From NCBI GenBank assembly GCA_963706575.1, contig CAVPNL010000011.1, positions 1-64,000 of the forward strand: a DNA stretch of 64,000 nucleotides. The letters are read 5' to 3'. Source of the DNA: an uncultured delta proteobacterium. GTDB lineage: Bacteria; Desulfobacterota; Desulfobacteria; Desulfobacterales; JAHEIW01. Of the stretch, positions 28,545 to 38,387 are shown piece by piece. Below the pieces are notes generated by a model. The model had not been told where the DNA came from. It searched no databases and saw only the letters and a program-made list of their open reading frames with translations. A program made the translations under genes and the position numbers. How positions within the stretch are numbered: position 1 is the stretch's first letter; every line of letters starts with the position of its first letter.

Positions 28545-30470
28545 ATGAAAAAGATAATTATCGCCACCGCAATTTTTATCGTTCTTATCGTAGTTGGTTA
28601 TCTCATTTATGCTAATTTGGTTCAGAAAAGTAACCCCTGCGCCAGCATTTTTGACCAGACCACCGTCAGCATCTTAGAAAAGATCAAGATCCTGAGAGAA
28701 AAGGGCGATGCCCTTCTGGGCCCAGGTCAAATTCAGAAAATATCCGATCAATCAGATCAGATTGCGGCAGACCTCAAGACCTGCTGCATTCTATTTCACG
28801 ACGACAAGATCGCCTTCGATGAATTTGTAAAGTGCCAGGACGATTTTAACCAATACGAGCGCAACGTCGATCGTCTGGCTCACCTGGTTATTCAAACTCA
28901 AGTCGCCAAGCAGCAGGGACGCTACGATCTCGTAAATTTGAGGATCAATCATATTGAGCGCAATGTAAGAGATCTGGGTATCATTTCGGATCAGTTTAAG
29001 GCCCAGATGAAATCATTAATGGGCCGCGTGTCCCGGGAATATCAACAACCGGGCCAGGCCACCCAAAAATCGGTAATAACCGAAACCGAACCCAATGATT
29101 CTTACAAACAGGGCGTAGAGATTTCCTCCGGCATTTTGACGGGAACACTGTCGGGAGAGGATCGCCAGGATTATTTTCGTTTTGAACTGGCTTCCGGCAG
29201 TATCCTGAATCTGGATTTTACGGCCGGTGATGACAGCGAAAATTTGAAAATCGCGTTGCGAGATTTCGAGGGCAACGAGTTGTGGAATTCCGGTGAAACA
29301 AGCGCCGGGGCCGTCAAATCCACGCGCATGCTGATGAACAATCTATCCGGAGGGATCTACTACGCGGTTGTTCATTCCGGAATCGGCCCGTATAAACTGG
29401 ATCTCAATCTCGAGACCCAGAATGATGCCGGGTTGGGGACCGATGCCGGGGATAAAATCACCAAAGCGCTTGCCATAGAGCCGGGCAGTCCTTTTTTCGG
29501 TGAAATGGGCGCCTTTGACGAAGAAGACTGGTATCGGTTTGATATCCCTGCCGGTCATATTCTCAAGCTTTCCTTTACCCCGAATGCAAGCAGTGAGGCG
29601 ATGAAGTTTTCACTGAGAAGTTTTGAGCGCAGTGAAGTCTGGTATTCGGGTGTCGTCCCGGCCGGAGAGACAAGACCCAAACGGGTGATGATGAACAACG
29701 CATCCGGCGGGACCTATTACCTGCAGGCATATTACGGCAGCGGCCATTACGGGTTCGAGATTTTCATCGAAAGCCAAAACGACGCGGCCTCCGGGACCGA
29801 TGCGGGCGACAAAATTGCCGAAGCCTTTAAAATCAGACCGGGCCGCTCTTATTCCGGAGAATTGGGCGGTTACGATGAAAGCGACTGGTATCGATTTGAC
29901 ATCCCTGCCGGCAGTGTTTTAAAAATGACCCTCTCCAATTACACAGAGAGTACGCCGATGAGTTTCTCCTTCCGCAACGCTGACGGCGTCGAAGTCTGGC
30001 GATTGGATGATATACCGCCCGGAGACAAAAACACCACACGGATGCTGGTGAACAACACGACGGGGGGCATCTACTTTTTGGAAGCATTCGATGGCAGCGG
30101 CCCGTACGAATTTAAGATTTATTCTGAACAGCAAAACGATGCCGGTTTCGGCTCAGACGCCGGCGATCGGATCGCCGAAGCCACTAAAATTACCTCGCAA
30201 CGGTCGATCACCGGAGAGCTGGGAGATCTCGATTATGAAGACTGGTATACCTTCTCACTTCTCGAAGGGAAAGCCATTCAATTTACTTCCGATACAAATG
30301 GGGAACCCTTGAAGCTGTCCATGGGCAACGTGGCCCGGAAAAAAGTGCTTTATACGGCTGAATTGACACCGGGGGAGAGCGAAACGTTCGAGGTTCCCAA
30401 GGAAATGCAGCCGCCTTACTTTTTAAGGATTTATGGCGGCAAAAGTAAGTATAGCTTTGAAATCAAATAA
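28545..30470 (+). CDS. Membrane-anchored protein with about four 120-aa PPC-like beta repeats
   Basis: N-terminal TM and helical domain; repeats QNDAG.G.DAGD.I..A..I...GE.G..D..DWY.F. Confidence 0.7.
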   Translation: MKKIIIATAIFIVLIVVGYLIYANLVQKSNPCASIFDQTTVSILEKIKILREKGDALLGPGQIQKISDQSDQIAADLKTCCILFHDDKIAFDEFVKCQDDFNQYERNVDRLAHLVIQTQVAKQQGRYDLVNLRINHIERNVRDLGIISDQFKAQMKSLMGRVSREYQQPGQATQKSVITETEPNDSYKQGVEISSGILTGTLSGEDRQDYFRFELASGSILNLDFTAGDDSENLKIALRDFEGNELWNSGETSAGAVKSTRMLMNNLSGGIYYAVVHSGIGPYKLDLNLETQNDAGLGTDAGDKITKALAIEPGSPFFGEMGAFDEEDWYRFDIPAGHILKLSFTPNASSEAMKFSLRSFERSEVWYSGVVPAGETRPKRVMMNNASGGTYYLQAYYGSGHYGFEIFIESQNDAASGTDAGDKIAEAFKIRPGRSYSGELGGYDESDWYRFDIPAGSVLKMTLSNYTESTPMSFSFRNADGVEVWRLDDIPPGDKNTTRMLVNNTTGGIYFLEAFDGSGPYEFKIYSEQQNDAGFGSDAGDRIAEATKITSQRSITGELGDLDYEDWYTFSLLEGKAIQFTSDTNGEPLKLSMGNVARKKVLYTAELTPGESETFEVPKEMQPPYFLRIYGGKSKYSFEIK

Positions 30471-30568
30471 AACTAATCTAAAATGTGCTCGACCCCCTCA
30501 AACCGGAACCCCCTTAAGTACAACGTATTGCCTTCCGCCAATGTTGGATTAAATTGTAAGTGGGACTT

Positions 30569-33535
30569 CTACGCAATGATGACTGCTTCAGATCTCTTCC
30601 CATCGATTTTTATGGTGAGCGGCTTTTTGAGGATGACGTGTTTCAGGTGGCGGGTTTCATTTTTTGGTGGCAGCGACAGCAGCCATTTCCAGTCGATAAA
30701 ATCCTTACCGCCTTCCGAAGTGTTCAAATAGCTGATTCCCAAAGATGTAATATTGTGAAAAAAGTGGGAGCCCTGGGATGGGTCCGCTTTGAGGCCTTCA
30801 ATAGTTGTTTCAACAATAGCACCGACTTCCGAGATGTCCGTCCAGCGTACCGGAATTCCCAGCCAGCGGTCGGCAGACCCCCAGCGCCCCGGTCCGATAA
30901 GCAGGTATTTTCGTTTGCGCAGAATCATTTCTTTATTCACATTCCCGATTTCGGTGGCGATTTCGATGGTCCGCGCTGCATCAAAGGTATCCGGATTTAT
31001 GAAAATAATGTCTTTAATTTCCTGAAATTGTCCGTTTCCGAGGGCCATAGTGGAATAACAGAAGGCTTTGGAAATATCTTCATCACCGATTGCAACTTCC
31101 AGATTATATTGATTAACTGACATGGGCCTGATCTGCAGCAGCTCCAGCGACGGTTTCTGATCCGCCTCAAACGGCATGTTAACCGCAAATTCGATCTCCA
31201 CGGGACAGCCCATACCTTGTCTGCCGATCGTCAGAATTTCGGTAAGAATTTCAGGCAGCGGCAGCGATCGATATTTTAAAATGCTGGCAAAGGTGCACAC
31301 CGGATAGCCGGATGCCTGGATCCCGTCGCGGATTCGATTGTCCTGGGCAGAGTAAGTGCTGCACAGATGTCGCACCGGGGCATCGGCGATTGCTTCATCG
31401 ATGTCTAGTTTTTCGAGGGTGGCGTCCTCATTGGCGGCGAGATCATTCGGAAAATCGGCCATTTTGAGTGCATAGAAGAAGCGCTGCGAATTTTGCAGGA
31501 TATCATCGACCGTTGAAAACTGGGGCAGAAATTGCGGGTATTTCGGTGAAAAGCGCAGAGCGACACCGCCTTCAACCACAATCTTCCCCAGCCCGAGCGC
31601 AACATGTGCCAGCCCATCTTCGGGCTTCATATGTGAAATGGGATAGTAATTATAAGACTGGGCAACTCCGGAAATCGCCGGATAAAAATAATCGCCATAT
31701 ACCTTTCCGGTCAACTGTTGAATGATGACCCCCATTTTTTCGTCTTCTGTGCGATGGAACGTGCTTTTTACATATGCACGGGCGTTTTGGCAATAAGTTG
31801 ATGCGTAAACCAGCTTGATCGCCAGAATGAGCTGCTTAACCCGTTCTGGCGGGTGCGCATGGTTGTTGGGGATCATGTAGGTTTTATAGATGCCGGCAAA
31901 AGGTTGGAACTGCGCATCTTCGAGCAGGCTCGATGACCGTACCGCCAGAGGATAGCGGGCGTGATTTAAATACTGTTCGAGGTTGTGGGTAAGCCACTCT
32001 GGCACATGAGCGGCTGTAAATAATCGGATAACTTTTTCATCGTCGAAATCTCCGGTAGCCACTTCTTCAAGGTTATTTTCGCTGATAAACGAATCAAACC
32101 CTTCGGTTGAGACCACCAGCGTTTTGGGGACGGATATATTGACGTCTATAAACTTATCCATGAATTTGGGGCTGTTTTTCAGGCGGGTGGACATAAAGGC
32201 CAATCCTCTGGCTTTGCCGCCCAGAGAGCCCTTGCCGATTTTGATAAAATCGGCGTCCGGATCAAAACGCTGTGAATCAAATTCGGTGATGATACCTTTT
32301 TGACGCCCCATGCGGCGCTCGTGGATAATGGAAACCAGATATTGTTTGGCTTCTCCAATACTTTCAAAATCGCTGATTTTTACCGGTTTAAGTTTGGAGG
32401 CCAGCATAATTTCAGAGCGTGCCATCAGCCAGCTTGAAAAGTGATTACGGACGGCATGGTAAAACACGGATTCGTCGGGGATGTTCGGCAAGATATCTTC
32501 CATTTCACGCAAATTGCTGGCCCTGCCGATCTCTTTGCCGCCCGGAAGTCTGAAGACAAATTCTCCAAAGCCCAGGTATTGCATAAAAAAGCTGCGGATT
32601 TCCGAATGCAGCGTCGGTGAATTTTTGTTTAAAAAAACGGCCGGTATTTTTTGCGCCCGATTGCGATTGGATTCCTCGGAACTAAAATTCAATAACGGTA
32701 AGTCCGGGCTGTCTTTGCGAATCATGGAAAGTAGTCTGAAGCCGGCGTCATCATCCATTTTTCCGTTTTTCGGGAATCGAACATCTGAGAAAATGCCGAG
32801 CAGATATGGTTTGTACTTCTGATAAAGGTCAACGGCTTCTTCAAAGTTCTGTGCAACCAGGATTTTGGGCCGCGCGCGCATCCTTAAAATACGGTGTTCA
32901 TCGTTAAGCGATTCTTCCATGACCGCCTGGGTTTGAGTGACAATTTCTTTGTATAGCAATGGCAGCAAAGATGAATAATAGATCGGTGAATCTTCCACGA
33001 TGACAATGACTCTGACCCGCGCCCGCTGGGTATCGTAAGCCACATTCATGCGGTCTTCCAGGTTTTTAATCATCGCCAGCAATAAATCCGTGTTGCCGGA
33101 CCAAACGTAAAGCCGGTCAATAGAATTGCGATCTGCATATTTTCGATCGAGCAGGTGGCGACTGGAATTCTGAATCATCAGGAAAACCTGCAGATCCGGA
33201 AACTTGCTTTTGATCTGGCGCCCCAAAACGTAGGCGTCGGTTTCATCGACCTGGGGCATGGTGATCACCAGATCGAATTTTTTTTGGGATAGGGCATCCA
33301 GGGCTTCCTGGGCAGAAGAAGCCCAGGTGAGCATCGGCGGGCGAGAAAGATTCAAACCGCGATATTCATGGATAATGCGCTCGGCAAGCCGACCTTCTTC
33401 TTCCATAATAAAGGCGTCGTAAGGGCTTGAGACCAGAAGGATCTCCGTGACCTTCTTGGCCATAAGCTCATGAAAGACTTTAAATGAAAGATCAAAATCT
33501 TCGGGATGGAATAGTCTTTGAGTTGACATGTCCAC
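30569..33535 (-). CDS. PEP/pyruvate-binding (PPDK_N) domain protein with receiver-like N-terminus
   Basis: GSLGGKARGL, PLAVRSSSLLED..PFAGIY.T, GLGKIVV, PVEIEFA, LQIRP. Confidence 0.85.
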   Translation of the reverse strand: MDMSTQRLFHPEDFDLSFKVFHELMAKKVTEILLVSSPYDAFIMEEEGRLAERIIHEYRGLNLSRPPMLTWASSAQEALDALSQKKFDLVITMPQVDETDAYVLGRQIKSKFPDLQVFLMIQNSSRHLLDRKYADRNSIDRLYVWSGNTDLLLAMIKNLEDRMNVAYDTQRARVRVIVIVEDSPIYYSSLLPLLYKEIVTQTQAVMEESLNDEHRILRMRARPKILVAQNFEEAVDLYQKYKPYLLGIFSDVRFPKNGKMDDDAGFRLLSMIRKDSPDLPLLNFSSEESNRNRAQKIPAVFLNKNSPTLHSEIRSFFMQYLGFGEFVFRLPGGKEIGRASNLREMEDILPNIPDESVFYHAVRNHFSSWLMARSEIMLASKLKPVKISDFESIGEAKQYLVSIIHERRMGRQKGIITEFDSQRFDPDADFIKIGKGSLGGKARGLAFMSTRLKNSPKFMDKFIDVNISVPKTLVVSTEGFDSFISENNLEEVATGDFDDEKVIRLFTAAHVPEWLTHNLEQYLNHARYPLAVRSSSLLEDAQFQPFAGIYKTYMIPNNHAHPPERVKQLILAIKLVYASTYCQNARAYVKSTFHRTEDEKMGVIIQQLTGKVYGDYFYPAISGVAQSYNYYPISHMKPEDGLAHVALGLGKIVVEGGVALRFSPKYPQFLPQFSTVDDILQNSQRFFYALKMADFPNDLAANEDATLEKLDIDEAIADAPVRHLCSTYSAQDNRIRDGIQASGYPVCTFASILKYRSLPLPEILTEILTIGRQGMGCPVEIEFAVNMPFEADQKPSLELLQIRPMSVNQYNLEVAIGDEDISKAFCYSTMALGNGQFQEIKDIIFINPDTFDAARTIEIATEIGNVNKEMILRKRKYLLIGPGRWGSADRWLGIPVRWTDISEVGAIVETTIEGLKADPSQGSHFFHNITSLGISYLNTSEGGKDFIDWKWLLSLPPKNETRHLKHVILKKPLTIKIDGKRSEAVIIA

Positions 33536-33611
33536 TGTAAATTCTTTGCTCAGGTTAACCGGGTTTATTAAATATAGGGTTATCAGAAGCCCAATGCAAG
33601 ACTCTATCTCT

Positions 33612-33812
33612 TCAGGTTCAAGGGTTCAGGGTTCTGGGTTCAGAGGTTCTTGAAGGTTCAGAGTTAAAACAGGTGTTATATTTGTCGAATTGGTTTAATT
33701 GGTTAAATTAGTTGATCAACCGAACCAATCAGACCAATTGAACCAATGAAACAGATCTTTAGACCTTTTGCCCTTTACCTTTGAACCTTTGAACGCAGAA
33801 CCTTGAACCTGA
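33612..33812. repeat. Complete family A/B nested palindromic element
   Basis: (GGTTCAG)n-linker-(TTGGTTTAA)n|(AACCAATT)n-linker-(TTGAACC)n; inverted near-copy at 36889-37089. Confidence 0.9.
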
Positions 33813-33820
33813 TGACCTTT

Positions 33821-34759
33821 TTACCTTGTGAAGTATTTGCCCTGCCAGGAATCTCTTTTTTCCAGTGTTTGGCGTATGAGATCCAGGGTTTCAGTCTTTT
33901 TGAGTGCCCACTGCGGTGTTACCAGCTCCTGGCGATGGGGATCACCGGTCAGCCTCTGGATGACAATCTCGGCCGGAATCCGCTCCAGAAAATCACAAAC
34001 CAGGTCCACATAGGCCGACTGCTCAAGGCATTGGAACTCCCCGTTGCGGTAAAGGGTTTCCAGTGGAGTTCCTTTAACCACGTAAAGCAGGTGCAGCTTC
34101 ACCCCGTCAATCCTTAGCTTTGCGATGGTTGCGGCCGTATGCAGCATGTCCTGCCGGTTTTCATGGGGAAGTCCCAGAATGACATGCGCACATATCTTGA
34201 TACCGCGGTTTTTGGTTTTTTCGACGGCATCTTTAAAGCATTGAACATCATGACCCCGGTTAATAAATACTAGGGTTGCATCGCGAGCCGACTGCAGACC
34301 GTATTCGATCCAGATCAGGTGGTGCCTGGCATAATCCTGAAGCAAATCCAATACCGCTTCATCGACACAATCGGGCCGGGTGCCGATGGAGAGCCCGACA
34401 ATATCATCTACTTTCAGCGCTTCGTCATAAAGACGCTGCAGGTCCTGTAACGGGGCGTACGTGTTGGAAAAAGATTGGAAATAAGCAATAAACTTTATGG
34501 CGTTGTACCGTTTTGCAAGCGAATTTTTTCCATTGATCAGTTGCCGGGTTACCGACAGGCCCTTTGCATGGGCCCCGGTCCCGGATCCGCGGATGTTACA
34601 GTAAATGCATCCGCCGTGCGAAAGAGTTCCATCCCGATTGGGGCATGTCAGGCCGGCATCGACAGTGATCTTTTGTACCCGACAGCCAAAGATGTTTCTC
34701 AGATAGGTATTTAAGTCGTTATATCGTTTATCCGCAGCCATTGCCAAAACCTTGACCAT
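33821..34759 (-). CDS. TIGR01212/YhcC-family radical SAM protein
   Basis: DAGLTCPNRDGT..GGCIYC, AYFQSFSNTY, IGTRPDC, VKLHLL. Confidence 0.92.
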   Translation of the reverse strand: MVKVLAMAADKRYNDLNTYLRNIFGCRVQKITVDAGLTCPNRDGTLSHGGCIYCNIRGSGTGAHAKGLSVTRQLINGKNSLAKRYNAIKFIAYFQSFSNTYAPLQDLQRLYDEALKVDDIVGLSIGTRPDCVDEAVLDLLQDYARHHLIWIEYGLQSARDATLVFINRGHDVQCFKDAVEKTKNRGIKICAHVILGLPHENRQDMLHTAATIAKLRIDGVKLHLLYVVKGTPLETLYRNGEFQCLEQSAYVDLVCDFLERIPAEIVIQRLTGDPHRQELVTPQWALKKTETLDLIRQTLEKRDSWQGKYFTR

Positions 34760-34876
34760 GAAATTGGTCGGTACTATAATCTCCTAAAATGAGCGTTTCA
34801 ATTTAGGTCTTTGAAAGTTATGATTATTTTTATCACAGGCATTTTCAACTGACAACTACCGGTTGGATTGTCATTA

Positions 34877-34961
34877 TAACCACAAAGAACACAAAGTGTA
34901 CAAAGATGAATACATGATATATTAAATTCCTTTCTTCGTGTCTTTGTGAACTTTGTGGTTA
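34877..34961. repeat. 9-mer CACAAAG/CTTTGTG palindromic element
   Basis: taaccacaaagaacacaaagtgtacaaag ... cttcgtgtctttgtgaactttgtggtta; related half-copy at 48377-48406. Confidence 0.75.
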
Positions 34962-35008
34962 AAATAAAAGTACCCTTTGGTTTAACAGACAACTATCAGC
35001 CTTTTTAA

Positions 35009-36886
35009 ATGGTTTATCATCCCAAAAAATACGACATCATCGTCGTCGGCGCCGGCCATGCCGGATGCGAGGCGGCCCTGGCCGCAGCACGCATGGGCTG
35101 CAGCGTATTGCTGATGGCAATTGACCTGGATAAATTGGCGGCGATGCCATGCAGCCCGTCGATTGGCGGCATGGCCAAGGGGCAGCTCGTAAAGGAGCTT
35201 GACGCTCTGGGAGGGGAAATGGCCAAAATAACGGATAAAAGCGCCATATCCTTCCGAACCCTGAATACGAAAAAGGGACCAGCCGTACATTCGTCCCGCA
35301 CGCAAAATGATAAGATTCGATACCATACAGCCATGAAAGCAGTTGTCGAATCGCAACCCAATTTGGACCTCAAACAGACCCTGGCGGAACGGCTCGTGGT
35401 GGAAGGCAATCGCGTAACGGGTGTCGAAGATCACACCGGGTTTGGGTATCAAGCACAGGCCGTCGTGCTGGCCACCGGCACCTTTTTAAGTGGTTTGCTT
35501 CATATTGGTTTTAATTCATTCCGGGCCGGACGGGCTGGTGAATTTGCCTCTTACGGGCTGGCAACCGATCTTAAAAAACTGGGGTTTGAGCTGGGTCGGA
35601 TGAAAACCGGCACTCCCCCGCGATTGAAAAAAGCCAGTATTGATTTTTCAAAATTTAAAGTCCAGGAGTCGGATGTCAATCCGGTGCCTTTTTCCTATTT
35701 TAGCGACTCCCTGAGGCTGCCGCAGCTGCCATGCCATATCGGACACACCAACCCAAGGTCTCATAAGATCGTGCGCAAAAATCTGGAACGCTCGGCGCTG
35801 TATGGCGGAATTATTCAGGGGATTTCGGCCCGCTATTGCCCATCTTTTGAAGACAAAATCGTCAGATTTCCCGACAAAGACAGACATCAGGTGATCCTGG
35901 AGCCGGAGGGGATCGAGACCCAGGAAATTTATGCCTCCGGCCTGGGCAACAGTCTGCCCCTGGAAATTCAGATCGAACTGGTTCAGTCCGTCGAAGGTCT
36001 GGAGGCGGCGGAAATTATGCGGCCGGCCTATGCCATTGAATACGATTACGTCAATCCGATCCAGCTGAAACCAACGCTTGAGACGAATCGGGTAGCCGGA
36101 CTGTTTTTGGCGGGGCAGATTAATGGGACATCCGGATACGAAGAAGCTGCGGCGCAGGGCCTGTGGGCCGGGATTAATGCCGCCTGCCGGATCCAAAAAA
36201 GGGAGCCCTTTATTCTGGATCGGTCTCAGGCCTATATGGGTGTCATGGTCGATGACCTGGTTACACGTGGTACCCGGGAGCCGTATCGCATGTTTACTTC
36301 AAGGGCCGAGTACCGGCTAATGCTGCGAGAGGATAATGCATCGCTGCGATTAATGGAAATCGGTTACGAACTGGGGTTGATCAGCGATGAGGCGTTCAAA
36401 GAAATCAAGACCTGCAAAACCCAGATCGATCAAGAGATTCAGCGGATCAAACAAACCATCATCAAGCCGGATGATCGCGCAAATCGATACTTGCAAAGCA
36501 GCGGCACAAAACCGATTCAAAGTGGCACCTACCTGGATCAATTATTGAAGCGTGCTGAGCTGGGGTATGAAGTGGTCGAAGCCCTGGCAAAGGCGCCCCA
36601 AGCGCTCAGTCACAAGGTGGCCGAGCAGGTTGAGATCGAAATTAAATACGAGGGCTACATTCAAAAACAGCTCAATGAAATTGAAAAATTTAAAAACCTG
36701 GAGCGAATAAAGATACCCGAAGGTCTGGATTTCCTCTGCATCCACGGCCTTTCCAATGAATTGAAGGAAAAATTGTCCCATACCAGGCCGACATCTCTGG
36801 GGCAGGCGTCGCGCATTGACGGGATGACTCCGGCGGCCATTTCAGTCCTGATGATTGCGCTTAAAGCGGATAGCCGGTCGGGTTAG
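35009..36886 (+). CDS. mnmG: tRNA uridine-5-carboxymethylaminomethyl modification enzyme
   Basis: [61 protein letters not shown]. Confidence 0.97.
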   Translation: MVYHPKKYDIIVVGAGHAGCEAALAAARMGCSVLLMAIDLDKLAAMPCSPSIGGMAKGQLVKELDALGGEMAKITDKSAISFRTLNTKKGPAVHSSRTQNDKIRYHTAMKAVVESQPNLDLKQTLAERLVVEGNRVTGVEDHTGFGYQAQAVVLATGTFLSGLLHIGFNSFRAGRAGEFASYGLATDLKKLGFELGRMKTGTPPRLKKASIDFSKFKVQESDVNPVPFSYFSDSLRLPQLPCHIGHTNPRSHKIVRKNLERSALYGGIIQGISARYCPSFEDKIVRFPDKDRHQVILEPEGIETQEIYASGLGNSLPLEIQIELVQSVEGLEAAEIMRPAYAIEYDYVNPIQLKPTLETNRVAGLFLAGQINGTSGYEEAAAQGLWAGINAACRIQKREPFILDRSQAYMGVMVDDLVTRGTREPYRMFTSRAEYRLMLREDNASLRLMEIGYELGLISDEAFKEIKTCKTQIDQEIQRIKQTIIKPDDRANRYLQSSGTKPIQSGTYLDQLLKRAELGYEVVEALAKAPQALSHKVAEQVEIEIKYEGYIQKQLNEIEKFKNLERIKIPEGLDFLCIHGLSNELKEKLSHTRPTSLGQASRIDGMTPAAISVLMIALKADSRSG

Positions 36887-36888
36887 AT

Positions 36889-37089
36889 TTCAGGTTCAAA
36901 GGTTCAACGTTCAAAGGTTCAAAGCAAAAGGGTTAAAGATCTGTTTCGTTGGTTCAATTGGTCTGATTGGTTCGATTGGTTCAGTTGATCAACTAATTTA
37001 ACCAATCAAACCAATTCGACAACTATAACACTCTTTTTAACTTTGAACCCTTGAACCATGGAACCCTGAACCTCTGAGCCTTGACACCT
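36889..37089. repeat. Complete family A/B nested palindromic element
   Basis: Reverse complement of 33612-33812 with few differences. Confidence 0.9.
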
Positions 37090-37166
37090 ACTGACATACA
37101 ACTTATCCTAGACGGGAATTTATAGTAATTATAGAAGATTAATTTAATAATAGGGGAGTTTCTACC

Positions 37167-37239
37167 GTCATTCCCGCGCAGGCGGGCATCCAGTTTTTTT
37201 CGGAAGATATCTCTGGATTCCCGCCTGCGCGGGAATGAC
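37167..37239. repeat. REP-like palindrome pair
   Basis: GTCATTCCCGCGCAGGCGGGCATCCAG ... CTGGATTCCCGCCTGCGCGGGAATGAC. Confidence 0.85.
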
Positions 37240-37298
37240 AAGTTTGAATTGAAGAAGAACCCCGACATTGTATCTGAAATTGATAGGATAATACACCC

Positions 37299-38216
37299 AT
37301 GGCTGAAGATTATTACCAATTACTGGGCGTTAAAAAAGGCGCCTCGGAAGGGGAAATCAAAAAAGCTTACCGCAAGCTGGCGATGAAATATCACCCGGAT
37401 CATACCAAAGGCGATAAGGCTTCCGAAGAAAAATTCAAAAAGATCAGTGAGGCCTATGCGGTATTAAGTGATAAAGAAAAGCGTAAAGAATATGATACCT
37501 TCGGCGCTGAAGGTTTTCATCAGCGCTTTTCCCAGGAAGATATTTTCCGAGGGTTCGATTTTGGGGATGTTTTACGTGAATTCGGGTTCGGTGGCGATTA
37601 TTTTTCAGGCCGTGGCCGCGGCAGCGGTATGCGATTTAACTTTGGCGGTGGTTCACCATTCGGATCGCAAGCCGGACAACAGCAGGCCCGGATGAAAGGC
37701 TCCGACCTGATATACGAACTTCCGCTGACATTGAAGGAAGTAGCCACCGGGACCAGCAAAACAGTTAGCCTGCAACAGCAGGGCTATTCAGAAAAAGTAA
37801 CGGTAAAAATTCCGAAAGGCTTGATTTCCGGCAAAAAATTACGCCTGGCCGGCAAAGGAAGCCCCAGTCCGCTCGGTGGCCCACCGGGGGATCTTTTTAT
37901 TCAGTCCAAAGTGCTCATTGACCCCTTTTATCGCGCTGAAGCCTATGACCTGCACATAAATCAGGAGGTGAAGTTAAGTGAGGCCCTTTTGGGGACCCGC
38001 ATTTCCGTGTCCACCCTCGATGACAAGAAACTCAGCCTGAAAATCCCACCCGGTACCCGGCCCGGCACAAAAATGCGCATGCCCGGCCAGGGGCTCCCCC
38101 ACATGAAAGGCAACAAAAAAGGCGATCTTTATGTTATAATCCAGGTCAAACTGCCGAAGCAACTGTCAGATGAACAGAAGAAACTCATTGAAAAACTGGC
38201 AGAGACGGGATTGTAA
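37299..38216 (+). CDS. DnaJ-family chaperone, class II (CbpA-like, no zinc finger)
   Basis: J domain with HPD, G/F region, DnaJ C-terminal domains. Confidence 0.92.
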   Translation: MAEDYYQLLGVKKGASEGEIKKAYRKLAMKYHPDHTKGDKASEEKFKKISEAYAVLSDKEKRKEYDTFGAEGFHQRFSQEDIFRGFDFGDVLREFGFGGDYFSGRGRGSGMRFNFGGGSPFGSQAGQQQARMKGSDLIYELPLTLKEVATGTSKTVSLQQQGYSEKVTVKIPKGLISGKKLRLAGKGSPSPLGGPPGDLFIQSKVLIDPFYRAEAYDLHINQEVKLSEALLGTRISVSTLDDKKLSLKIPPGTRPGTKMRMPGQGLPHMKGNKKGDLYVIIQVKLPKQLSDEQKKLIEKLAETGL

Positions 38217-38229
38217 GGAATAAAAATAA

Positions 38230-38258
38230 TTGACAAATTCGCGTATTCACGGTAAATT
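38230..38258 (+). promoter_or_regulatory. Sigma70 promoter
   Basis: TTGACA-17-TAAATT. Confidence 0.65.
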
Positions 38259-38387
38259 TTAATATAAATATATAATATATTTCACCATTTGCTGCGCGTT
38301 GCCAGAAACGGCTCCAACAGCTCCACATCCGGGGATTTCCAACTCAAAAAAACATTGAGATTGATATAAAAAATAAAGAGGTATGAA

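Noticed and set aside
33612..33812. Possible CRISPR array in intergenic repeats
   Set aside because: Units are 7-10 bp, in tandem and inverted, with no unique 30-40-bp spacers; no cas genes in the window.
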